This document shows, piece after piece, positions 1 to 8,031 of a DNA stretch of 12,874 bases. Positions within the stretch are counted from its first letter, which is position 1, and every line of letters starts with the position of its first letter. The translations under genes and the position numbers were made by a program. The notes beneath the pieces are model-generated. The model ran no database searches. It was not told the origin of the DNA and was given only the letters and a program-made list of their open reading frames with translations. This DNA comes from a candidate division WOR-3 bacterium. Its GTDB lineage: Bacteria > Hydrothermota > Tepidihabitantia > SM23-42 > JAOAFX01. The DNA lies in the NCBI GenBank assembly GCA_037444665.1, contig JBBILZ010000062.1, positions 1-12,874 of the forward strand. Reading direction: 5' to 3'.

Positions 1-261
1 AAGTCGGGCAATCTCACGATTCAATTCCTCTACCCTAATTTTTTCTTCATATTCCTGACTGGTCAATCTTTCTATATATTCGGTGGAAAGATTAATTGCC
101 TCATCAATCTTTTCAATGCGTGCAAGTGCTCCAGACTTTTCTTTTTCCAGTTGTTTTATTTCCTGCCTTACCTCTGTTAAACGACTCTTCAGTTCATTCA
201 GTTCCTTCTGTTTTTCACTCAGTTGTGTAAAGAGAAACAAAACTACTATGAGTAAATTCAC
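1..261 (-). CDS. envC: N-terminal part of an EnvC-like murein hydrolase activator (coiled coil); runs off the window at position 1
   Basis: Not in the ORF track; translated by hand from GTG at 261-259, which overlaps the ftsX TGA (GTGA): MNLLIVVLFLFTQLSEKQKELNELKSRLTEVRQEIKQLEKEKSGALARIEKIDEAINLSTEYIERLTSQEYEEKIRVEELNREIARL, open to base 1. It has a hydrophobic N-terminus and a heptad E/K/L coiled coil, directly after ftsEX. The M23 domain is not visible, so the name rests on synteny and architecture. Confidence 0.75.
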   Translation of the reverse strand, partial: MNLLIVVLFLFTQLSEKQKELNELKSRLTEVRQEIKQLEKEKSGALARIEKIDEAINLSTEYIERLTSQEYEEKIRVEELNREIARL

Positions 262-1106
262 TTCAAAAATCTCCTCAGGGCAATGCTTGAACCGATTATT
301 CCAAAGATCATTCCGAATAATATACTACCCAAGAAGAAATAGAGTCGCGGAAAATATGGAATGGTAAAAAACGAAGAACCAATCCGCGCGGTTATCGTCA
401 AAAGAATATAGGCAATAATACCACCCAGTATTCCCTGAATCAACCCCTGGAAAATAAATGGAATCGTAATAAATGCGTCTGTGGCACCCACAAGTTTCAT
501 TATTTCAATCTCTGTTGCGTGAGCAAAGATAGTTAATTTAATCGTCTGGAATATTACAAAAATAACAGAAAGGGTAATAATTAATAATAACCCGATATCA
601 AAAAAAAGCATAATGTGGGTAATCCTTTTCAATTGTTCAACAAGTTCACCACCATAGATTGTATCTTTTACACCCTTCAAAAGCAAAATCTTCTGACTTA
701 TTTCTTCAAGCCCTTTTATATTACGAAAACCTGGTTCAAGTTTAATGCGCAAAGATGCCGGTAGCGGATTATCTTTGAATATTCCGACTATTTCTTTTGT
801 CTCTGCCACCTCTTCCTGAAGTTGTTTTAGTGCTGCTTCTGCCGAAACATAGATAATCTCCTTAATTCCATTTATCTTAGTTATGTTATTCTTCAGTAAT
901 TGAACATCTGCTCGTTCTTCTAAAAAGACAATAATTTCAATCTTCTCATCAAGCAAATTTGCCATTTTATAGAGATTCACTGTCACCAGCGCAAAAATGG
1001 ACAAGAGATAAAAAGAGATTGCTGCGACCAAGAGTGAAAGGATAAATAATGACCTGCTGCGAATAATGGTTCTTAAACCTTCCCTGATTCCTATCCTTAA
1101 TGACAT
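258..1106 (-). CDS. ftsX: Cell division ABC transporter permease FtsX
   Basis: N-terminal TM helix, extracytoplasmic domain with NPLPASLRIKL, then EIEIMKLVGAT..FI..PF..QG and three more TM helices; follows ftsE. ATG at 1106 is preferred over GTG at 1115 because the SD-like AAGGTG runs into the GTG. Confidence 0.93.
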   Translation of the reverse strand: MSLRIGIREGLRTIIRSRSLFILSLLVAAISFYLLSIFALVTVNLYKMANLLDEKIEIIVFLEERADVQLLKNNITKINGIKEIIYVSAEAALKQLQEEVAETKEIVGIFKDNPLPASLRIKLEPGFRNIKGLEEISQKILLLKGVKDTIYGGELVEQLKRITHIMLFFDIGLLLIITLSVIFVIFQTIKLTIFAHATEIEIMKLVGATDAFITIPFIFQGLIQGILGGIIAYILLTITARIGSSFFTIPYFPRLYFFLGSILFGMIFGIIGSSIALRRFLK

Positions 1107-1121
1107 ATCACTCACACCTTT

Positions 1122-1781
1122 TCATTTATCAGAAATTATCTTCCCATCCTGGAGATGAATAATTCTTTTCTTTGTCTTTCTCACAAGCAATTGATTGTGG
1201 GAAGCCATTAAAACAGTGGTTCCTTTATAATTTATATCCAGCATTATTTCTAATATTTCCTGTGAACTCTTTAAATCCAGATTTCCGGTTGGTTCATCCG
1301 CAAGGAGGATGTAAGGGTCCCTAACCAGGGCACGGGCAATAGCAATCTTTTGCTGTTCACCACCAGACAATTGATATGGATAGTTGAATTTTTTGTGGCT
1401 CAATCGCACATAAGCGAGAATATCAAAAACCTTTTTTTTCAAATCACGCGGCGGGGTATCAGTGACCTCAAGGGCAAATGCTACATTTTCTTCCACAGTT
1501 CGGTCAGGCAATAATTTGAAATCTTGAAAAATCACACCTATCTTTCTGCGAAACTCTGGAATCTTACTCCGCTTGAGAAAATGCAGATTATTGTCCAGCA
1601 CCTTAATTGTGCCCTTACTTGGCTCCTCTTCTTTGTAAATGAGTTTCAAAATGGTACTTTTGCCTGCGCCTGTAGGACCGGTAATAAAGAGAAACTCACC
1701 CTTTTGAATTTCAAAAGAAACATTATCCAGGGCAATCCAGTTTTTCTGATAAATTTTTGTTACTTTATCAAAGGAGATCAT
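1122..1781 (-). CDS. ftsE: Cell division ATP-binding protein FtsE
   Basis: Walker A GPTGAGKST, RRKIGVIFQDFKLL, signature LSGGEQQ, Walker B LLADEPTGNLD; adjacent to ftsX. Confidence 0.95.
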   Translation of the reverse strand: MISFDKVTKIYQKNWIALDNVSFEIQKGEFLFITGPTGAGKSTILKLIYKEEEPSKGTIKVLDNNLHFLKRSKIPEFRRKIGVIFQDFKLLPDRTVEENVAFALEVTDTPPRDLKKKVFDILAYVRLSHKKFNYPYQLSGGEQQKIAIARALVRDPYILLADEPTGNLDLKSSQEILEIMLDINYKGTTVLMASHNQLLVRKTKKRIIHLQDGKIISDK

Positions 1782-2455
1782 AGGCTATTGATCAAGGCAG
1801 CAAGATAACCTGCGCCAAACCCATTATCAATATTAACAACTGCCACACCAGGGGCACAGGAATTGAGCATCGTCAATAGTGGTGCAATACCATTAAAATG
1901 GGCACCATAGCCAATACTTGTTGGCACAGCAATTACCGGTGCTGAAAAGAGTCCACCAACTACTGATGGGAGCACACCATCCATACCAGCAACCACAACA
2001 AGCACTCGTGCCTTGCGAATCTCTTCTCTGTAATGCATCAATCTATGCAAACCAGCAACACCTACATCATAGATTCTTTTCACTTTACTTCCCATTATCT
2101 CCGCAGTTACTGCTGCCTCTTCAGCCACAGGTATATCACCTGTTCCCGCAGATATCACTGCAACCAGACCCGAACCATTTTTAATAGTTCCGATGTAGTA
2201 TAGTTTTGCTTCAGGAAAATACCTGCCGGATTTTAATTTTCTTTTTAATAATCTCGCAGTTGGCACACTCACCCTGGTTAATAGCACTTTTTTATTAAAT
2301 GTAAGAATTTGATGGGCGCACGCAATAATCTGTTTCTCGTTCTTCCCTTCACAAAAAATTACCTCGGGAAAACCTTTTCTGATTTCTCGATGCAGGTCAA
2401 GATTAGCAAAACCAATATTACTAAATGTTTTTAATGAATCTTTGATTCTTTTTAT
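1778..2455 (-). CDS. larB: LarB, nickel-pincer cofactor biosynthesis carboxylase/hydrolase (PurE/AIR carboxylase-like)
   Basis: Motifs SAGTGDIPVAEEA, DVGVAGLHRL, VAGMDGVLPSVVGG, PVIAVPTSIGYG, MLNSCAPGVAVVNIDNGFGAG. The frame stays open 56 codons upstream of the GTG at 2287 and encodes GFANLDLHREIRKGFPEVIFCEGK, the typical LarB N-terminal motif. Start placed at ATA 2455 (see findings). Confidence 0.9.
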   Translation of the reverse strand: MKRIKDSLKTFSNIGFANLDLHREIRKGFPEVIFCEGKNEKQIIACAHQILTFNKKVLLTRVSVPTARLLKRKLKSGRYFPEAKLYYIGTIKNGSGLVAVISAGTGDIPVAEEAAVTAEIMGSKVKRIYDVGVAGLHRLMHYREEIRKARVLVVVAGMDGVLPSVVGGLFSAPVIAVPTSIGYGAHFNGIAPLLTMLNSCAPGVAVVNIDNGFGAGYLAALINSL

Positions 2456-2468
2456 CTTTTATCTCCTT

Positions 2469-3878
2469 TCAAAAGACCTGTGCTGAAAATTTGTAAACTT
2501 CAGTTCCCTCTAATTTATAAGCATTCTCTGGAAGACCGGCTTTGATACAGGTTTGTTCCAAAAATTCCTCTATATTCCAGCCATAATCAACTGCTACCTG
2601 GGGCAAAAGTAATCCACTCTGGTAGCCACGCCTTATGAGCAAACCATCCCTGCCAATCACAATTTCTTTAAAATCACTGACCTTTTCCAGCGGTGTCAAA
2701 ACCGAAATCTCTATCCCTAATTCTGGTAATTCTTTTTCTGATACTGGATTGAATCGCGGGTCATGGAGCGCTGCTGCCTCTGCCATTTCTTTACAGGAAA
2801 TATAAAGCGGCTGGTCTGCAATAATATGCCCAATACAGCCCCTTAAATTTCCATGCTTGGTAATCGTGACAAAAACTCCATAGGGTTGTTTAAGCCTTTC
2901 TGGCAGGTCTTTAAATGTAGGCGGTTTCTTTTTTGTTACCACTGCTTCAATAGTTTTCTTCGCGATATCTTTTAGAAATTGTTTTTCATCCTCAGTAAAT
3001 CCAAGGTCAACTCCAACTTCTCTATGTTCTTCACTATCTCCTTTATAAAAGACTGCTGAAAGATAACCAACCACCTGTGAATAGTCACCAGTAATATTTC
3101 CACTTGTACCATAGATTAAGACCTTTGCCCTGTTCGCTCCATTCTTCTTTGCAATGAGCATTGTTGTTATTATTGGACCTCCGCCACAGGCTTCACAACT
3201 ATCAGTTGAAAGCCTTCTGTATAAAAGTTCAGGGTCAAATTTTTCAATTGCTTCAGCAACAAGATTATCAAGTTTTTCTGCACTTTCCTGACTATGGTAA
3301 TGCGATAGGTCCGAGCTTGCGACCACCAGTATCTTTTTACCTTTTGTAGCATTTACAATTGCATCAGCCAATGCTTTACAGGTATTATAATCCTGTGCAC
3401 CCATTACTATCTCAACTATCTTTAATTTCCTTACCACTACCTGTAAAAAAGGAACCTGGATTTCTACTGAATGCTCCTCAAGATGAGCCATCGGGTCATA
3501 TTTTATTAACTTCGTATTCTCCTTAATTATTTTTTCCGCAAGTTCAGTATCAAAATCTACTTTTCCCAGCGGTGTCTTTCTTCCTGCCATCTTATCTACA
3601 GAAACTCCATAAAACCCATAACGATGGCTCGGACCAATTATTATCACATCATCAAATTCTTGGTCTTCCAGGAGCCGATAAGAAAATGCCGCAAATGGTC
3701 CGGAATACATATAACCTGCATGCGGCGAGACCAATCCAAAAATTTCTCCAGGAATCTTGGCGCGGGCATTCTTTAAATAAGTTTTAATGGTTTCACTCAA
3801 ATCCTTTTCTTTGCCCGGATACCAGGTGCCTGCATGGATTGATTCTCTGTATTCTCCAGCCTTACAATCTTGAGCCAT
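2469..3878 (-). CDS. amrB: AmmeMemoRadiSam protein B (Memo-like) fused to protein A (AMMECR1 domain)
   Basis: Memo motifs AGTWYP, SPHAGYMYSG, GPSH, EHSVEIQVPFLQ, ASSDLSHY, ACGGGP, VVGY; AMMECR1 motifs GVFVT...LRGCIG, DPRF, EISVLT, GRDGL, GLLLPQVA. Start at ATG 3878 (AGGAG 8 nt upstream). The 4016 start of the ORF track lies deep in bioY and is unlikely. Confidence 0.92.
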   Translation of the reverse strand: MAQDCKAGEYRESIHAGTWYPGKEKDLSETIKTYLKNARAKIPGEIFGLVSPHAGYMYSGPFAAFSYRLLEDQEFDDVIIIGPSHRYGFYGVSVDKMAGRKTPLGKVDFDTELAEKIIKENTKLIKYDPMAHLEEHSVEIQVPFLQVVVRKLKIVEIVMGAQDYNTCKALADAIVNATKGKKILVVASSDLSHYHSQESAEKLDNLVAEAIEKFDPELLYRRLSTDSCEACGGGPIITTMLIAKKNGANRAKVLIYGTSGNITGDYSQVVGYLSAVFYKGDSEEHREVGVDLGFTEDEKQFLKDIAKKTIEAVVTKKKPPTFKDLPERLKQPYGVFVTITKHGNLRGCIGHIIADQPLYISCKEMAEAAALHDPRFNPVSEKELPELGIEISVLTPLEKVSDFKEIVIGRDGLLIRRGYQSGLLLPQVAVDYGWNIEEFLEQTCIKAGLPENAYKLEGTEVYKFSAQVF

Positions 3879-3948
3879 AATCAATACTCCTATTAAAAAA
3901 ATTTTTGACAAATAACTTTTTAATATAAAGCATATAATCGTTATTCTA

Positions 3949-4536
3949 CTAATGTTTATCATCGGGTAGCACTGCCCTTGATACAAATCCTGCAATAATT
4001 GCCTTGGCAATATCAAATGGAATAAAAGGCAAAACCGCCATCTTTAATGTGGCAAAAAAATCAGTTTTCATCACTACCGCAAAATTAAGGGCACCAAGTA
4101 GATAGATTATTAATATACCAATTAACATAATTGTAATCTGAGAAACAAGACGGTGATATCGGTATGCAAAGGCTCCAACAAAGATCGCTGCGGGAACAAA
4201 GCCCATAAGATAACCGAGAGTCGGTCCCAATATTAATCCTGAGCGGAATCCAGCAAAACAGGGGATACCAATTGCACCAAGGCCAAGATAGAAAATCATA
4301 CTGAGACCCGCATAAGAACTGCCGAGCAATGTTCCACTCAATAATACTACAAAGACCTGGCCGGTCACAGGAACAGGTGTCCAGGGAAGAGTTATTCTAA
4401 TCTGAGCAGAGATACCTGTGATGGCAGCAAAAAATAGAGAAAGACCAATCTTTTTTGTCCAGTCCAATTGAGCCAGCCACTTAAAATATAATTCTTTTCC
4501 ATTATTAAAAAAAGCAATTGTTTTTGTCATAATCAT
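3949..4536 (-). CDS. bioY: Biotin transporter BioY (ECF S component)
   Basis: Very hydrophobic; motifs LPWTPVPVTGQ, YLGLGAIGIPCFAG, GPTLGYLMGF, PFIPFDIAK. SD GGGAGG upstream; the start could be ATG 4536 or 4530. Confidence 0.95.
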   Translation of the reverse strand: MIMTKTIAFFNNGKELYFKWLAQLDWTKKIGLSLFFAAITGISAQIRITLPWTPVPVTGQVFVVLLSGTLLGSSYAGLSMIFYLGLGAIGIPCFAGFRSGLILGPTLGYLMGFVPAAIFVGAFAYRYHRLVSQITIMLIGILIIYLLGALNFAVVMKTDFFATLKMAVLPFIPFDIAKAIIAGFVSRAVLPDDKH

Positions 4537-4554
4537 TGAGCCTCCCTGCGTAAT

Positions 4555-4582
4555 ATTTTAGTTAAAATTCTATAAAAGTCAA
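4555..4582 (-). promoter_or_regulatory. Putative sigma70 promoter of the bioY-amrB/A-larB-ftsEX-envC unit
   Basis: Minus strand TTGACT (4582-4577), 16-nt spacer, TAAAAT (4560-4555), just upstream of the GGGAGG SD of bioY. Confidence 0.6.
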
Positions 4583-4637
4583 CAAAAATCTTATCTCGTT
4601 AAATCAAAATTTAGTAATAATTTAGTCACCCTAAAAT

Positions 4638-4726
4638 TGTAGTTGCTTGATTTATCAAGCACCAAAAAGAACCCAATGCTCCGTCCCGATGGAACGAGAG
4701 TCCCTTCGGGAAATTGGGCAACTACA
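4638..4726. repeat. Inverted pair of GTAG-type REP-like palindromes; the right copy is interrupted by a 33-bp insert
   Basis: TGTAGTTGCTTGATTTATCAAGCA (4638-4661) and inverted ACCCAAT[4678-4710]AAATTGGGCAACTACA (4671-4726); same consensus as the copies at 7919-8055. Confidence 0.8.
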
Positions 4727-4824
4727 TTGATTTAATTCCATTTTTTAGAATGGCTTCCCTATTACAAAATTTAGTTAAATATTATGATGCAGAAAATATA
4801 CAGGGGGTAAATATTAAAAAATAT

Positions 4825-5742
4825 TTATGGTAAACGGATACGGCCTTCAAATGTCAATACTGCCTGACCACCAAATGCGACGCGGAGAATATCTTTTTTA
4901 TATGTATAAACATGAACATAAACCAAGCCAGGCATCTGAAGTGAATAACCCTGTTCTACTACAATGCGGGTTGTTTCCTCAGCGGGAATGATATTGTTTT
5001 TTACAAGATAATACCCGACTGCAACTGCTGCACCACCTGAAGTCGGGTCTTCATTTATTCCCACTGCCGGTGCAAAATGGCGTATATGCACATTTGCTTC
5101 TGGGTTATTGGTTTCAGATGTAAAAACAACGATACCTGTTATTTTCATCCGTTCGCAATAACTTTTCATCAGAACAAAATTGGGCGTGATATCTAATAAT
5201 TGGGGTAATGACCTTACTGGAACAATAATCTCTGGGTGGCCTGATTGAACAATACTCAATGGTAAGTCGGTATCAGAAATGTCTGCTGGCGAAATACCCA
5301 AAAACCTTGCTACACTCTTAATCTCTAAATTTGCGCTCAGAACACTGGGTGGCGGTAGAGAGATTGTTACGCGATGGATTCTTTTGTCGGTGACACGCAG
5401 CTCAACAGCTTGAATGCCTGATTTTGTTTTCTGCTTTAATAGAGTCGTAGGCTCGGTGATGGAAATCAAATTTTCATCTTCAATTGCATAATAGGCGGCA
5501 ACTGCACCATGACCAGAAAATTTTATTTCTTCTGAACCACTAAAAAATCTCAATTGCATATCTGATTCTTCATCACCTGGAAATACAAATGTAGTATCAG
5601 AGACTGGGTTTAATTCACGGGCAAGTTTCATCATTACCTTTTCATCTGCATATGGCTTCATACCAATGATTACCCAGGCAGGGTTTCCTGTATATGGCAC
5701 ATCTGTAAATGAACATAACCTCTTCGCTTTTATCCAATCCAT
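4825..5742 (-). CDS. PhzF/PhzC-family isomerase (DAP epimerase fold)
   Basis: SFT..PYTGNPAWV, ARELN..SDTTFV, LRFF....EIKFSGHG, RHFAPAVGINEDPTSG, VEQG; purine-rich SD-like AAGGGGG upstream. Confidence 0.88.
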   Translation of the reverse strand: MDWIKAKRLCSFTDVPYTGNPAWVIIGMKPYADEKVMMKLARELNPVSDTTFVFPGDEESDMQLRFFSGSEEIKFSGHGAVAAYYAIEDENLISITEPTTLLKQKTKSGIQAVELRVTDKRIHRVTISLPPPSVLSANLEIKSVARFLGISPADISDTDLPLSIVQSGHPEIIVPVRSLPQLLDITPNFVLMKSYCERMKITGIVVFTSETNNPEANVHIRHFAPAVGINEDPTSGGAAVAVGYYLVKNNIIPAEETTRIVVEQGYSLQMPGLVYVHVYTYKKDILRVAFGGQAVLTFEGRIRLP

Positions 5743-5783
5743 TTTTTCACTACCCCCTTGCCTTCAATTGCCTTCTATAATCT

Positions 5784-7826
5784 TTATATCTCACACGCCC
5801 CACTACCACACCGCCTTTGATATTCAATATCTCCAAATTCCAGCACCTGCTCTTTTCTACTTCTGTATCGGTATACTGTAATTCCTTTGCATTTTAATTT
5901 GTGTGCCATAAGAAAGGCAGCACGGGTCTGTTCAAGGGTTGCATCTTCAGGAAGATTGATTGTTTTGCTTACTGCATTATCAACATATTTCTGGAAGATC
6001 GCCTGCATTCTGATATGTATCTCCGACATTATTTCATGGGCAATGGGAAATAACCTTTTTATATCATCCGGGATACCTTTAATTCTTTTCAACGAACCCT
6101 CGTGAACAATTTCTGAAATCAAATCCGGTGAAAAGAATCCCTGATTATGTGCAATCTCCTCAAATATTGGATTAAGCACAACAAGCGTTGTATCAAGCAC
6201 ATTACGCAGATAACCCACAGAGAAGAGCGGTTCTATTCCCGAAGATGTATCAGCAATCATACTTATTGTGCCCGTGGGGGCAATAGATGTAACTGTAGCA
6301 TTCCTCATTGGAGATGAACCTTTAAAGATTGATTTATCAATATTAGGAAAAGAACCCCGTTTTTCGCCGAGTTTGCAGGATACCTGACGCGCCTCGGCCT
6401 GTATAAAACTTGCCAGTTCATCAGCAAAATTTAATGCTGGCTCAGAATCATAGGGAATGCCCATCTTAATTAAACAATCTGCAAAACCCATTATACCAAG
6501 ACCAATTTTGCGATTCCCCTTGGTCATTTTTTCAACATCAGAAAGAGGATATTTGTTTGCATCAATCACATTATCAAGAAAATGCACAGCAACCTGAATT
6601 GTATATTTTAATTTTTCATAACTGAATTTGTTATCTACAAACATCTTTGCTAAATTTATTGAACCAAGATTGCAGGATTCGTATGGTAATAATGGCACTT
6701 CACCACAGGGATTTGTGCTCTCAATCCTTCCCAGTTCAGGTGTTGGATTCTTTCTGTTTATTTCATCAATAAATATTATGCCGGGCTCGCCTGTTTTCCA
6801 GGCATTCAAAATTATCATATCAAAAATATCGCGGGCATTAAGATTTTTTACTGGTTTTCGGTCGCGCGGATTTATGAGGTCATAACCCTGGTTATTTATT
6901 GCCCGATTAATAAAATCGTCAGTCACTGCAACAGAAATATTAAAATTGGTTAGCTCCCCTTCTTTTTCCTTTGCCCGTATAAAATCCACAATATCAGGAT
7001 GTTCCACAGTGAGTATACCCATATTTGCACCTCGTCGCTTACCGCCCTGTTTTATCACCTCGGTTGCGCAATCATATATCTTCATAAACGAAAGTGGACC
7101 AGAGGCAATGCCCATTGTGGACCTTACCATATCACCCTGGGGACGGATTCGGGAAAAAGAAAAACCCGTGCCTCCACCAGATTGATGAATCAGTGCAGTA
7201 TGCTTCAATGTCTCAAAGATACTGAGTAAAGAATCATCTATGGGTAGCACAAAACAGGCTGACAACTGCCCCAGTTCACATCCTGCATTCATCAGTGTTG
7301 GCGAATTTGGCAAAAATTCTAAATTCGCCATTATCTGGTAAAACTCTTCTTCAGTCTTATTGATGTCTTCCTTATAATTTGCATCAACCTGGGCAATTGC
7401 CCTTGCGACCCTGCGAAACATATTGCTCGGCGTTTCAATCACCTTCCCTTTATTGTCGCGTTGCAGATACCTTTCACTCAAAACGCGCAAACTATTTAGG
7501 GAAAGTTTTAATTGGTCTTTGATACCAAGCACCACTTTTTTGTTACGTAGATCAGTTCTTAGCTGACGATAGATAATGTATGCCCGAGCAGTATTAAATT
7601 TTTTGTTATTAATAATTGTCTGTTCTACAATATCCTGGATATCCTCAACATTCGGTTTGAGACTACCAAACTTTCTTTCAAGTTCAGCAATAACCTCATC
7701 CCCAATCTTTTTTGCCAGTGTAATATCCTCATTGGTTGCCCTTAAAGCCTTTTCAATCGCACGATAGATTTTTTCTGCCTGAAAATCAACAACTGTGCCA
7801 TCACGCTTGATTATAGACTTAATCAT
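5784..7826 (-). CDS. nrdJ: Adenosylcobalamin-dependent (class II) ribonucleotide reductase with N-terminal ATP cone
   Basis: ATP cone (IIKRDG...VEDIQDIVE..ARAYIIYR), FLPNSPTLMNAG, QLSACFV, RRGANM, TNPCGEVPL, ESCNLGSINL, IAPTGTIS, C-terminal CGSGAC cysteine pair; no nrdB nearby. Confidence 0.92.
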   Translation of the reverse strand: MIKSIIKRDGTVVDFQAEKIYRAIEKALRATNEDITLAKKIGDEVIAELERKFGSLKPNVEDIQDIVEQTIINNKKFNTARAYIIYRQLRTDLRNKKVVLGIKDQLKLSLNSLRVLSERYLQRDNKGKVIETPSNMFRRVARAIAQVDANYKEDINKTEEEFYQIMANLEFLPNSPTLMNAGCELGQLSACFVLPIDDSLLSIFETLKHTALIHQSGGGTGFSFSRIRPQGDMVRSTMGIASGPLSFMKIYDCATEVIKQGGKRRGANMGILTVEHPDIVDFIRAKEKEGELTNFNISVAVTDDFINRAINNQGYDLINPRDRKPVKNLNARDIFDMIILNAWKTGEPGIIFIDEINRKNPTPELGRIESTNPCGEVPLLPYESCNLGSINLAKMFVDNKFSYEKLKYTIQVAVHFLDNVIDANKYPLSDVEKMTKGNRKIGLGIMGFADCLIKMGIPYDSEPALNFADELASFIQAEARQVSCKLGEKRGSFPNIDKSIFKGSSPMRNATVTSIAPTGTISMIADTSSGIEPLFSVGYLRNVLDTTLVVLNPIFEEIAHNQGFFSPDLISEIVHEGSLKRIKGIPDDIKRLFPIAHEIMSEIHIRMQAIFQKYVDNAVSKTINLPEDATLEQTRAAFLMAHKLKCKGITVYRYRSRKEQVLEFGDIEYQRRCGSGACEI

Positions 7827-7831
7827 AGTAA

Positions 7832-7859
7832 AGTATAACTAAAACTTTTATATTGTCAA
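7832..7859 (-). promoter_or_regulatory. Near-consensus sigma70 promoter of nrdJ (probably leaderless transcript)
   Basis: Minus strand TTGACA (7859-7854), 16 nt, TATACT (7837-7832), 5 nt, ATG (7826). Confidence 0.7.
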
Positions 7860-7918
7860 GGGCAGAACTTTTTGATTTCCTCTCCATTTTTACTCTCGTT
7901 TATATTTTTTTTAATTTT

Positions 7919-7994
7919 TGTAGTTGCCTCATTTATGAGGCGTTTTTTGTAGATTAGAAAATTTAATCTCTGCCCGATAAATCGGGCAACTACA
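7919..7994. repeat. Inverted pair of GTAG-type REP-like palindromes (REPIN-like)
   Basis: TGTAGTTGCCTCATTTATGAGGCG (7919-7942) and inverted TGCCCGATAAATCGGGCAACTACA (7971-7994); the 28-bp spacer contains AGATTA/TAATCT. Confidence 0.85.
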
Positions 7995-8031
7995 ATTGGG
8001 GTTGCCAAAAAATCCATTTTCATCTGGATGT

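Noticed and set aside
3905..3938. Plus-strand TTGACA...TATAAT antisense promoter into bioY
   Set aside because: The spacer is 22 nt, incompatible with sigma70.
4558..4585. Possible BirA operator upstream of bioY (AGTTAAA-N11-GTCAACA)
   Set aside because: Arms and spacing do not fit TGTNAAC-N14-16-GTTNACA; the sequence is explained by the promoter.
5758..5775. TTGCCTTC direct repeat between nrdJ and phzF
   Set aside because: Only two 8-bp copies; no supporting evidence of function.
7840..7858. Possible NrdR box (ACAATATA) overlapping the nrdJ -35
   Set aside because: Only a half match, not palindromic, and there is no tandem second box.
7925..7948. Hairpin plus T6 resembling an intrinsic terminator on the plus strand
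   Set aside because: It faces opposite to all local genes and the hairpin is the REP unit itself.
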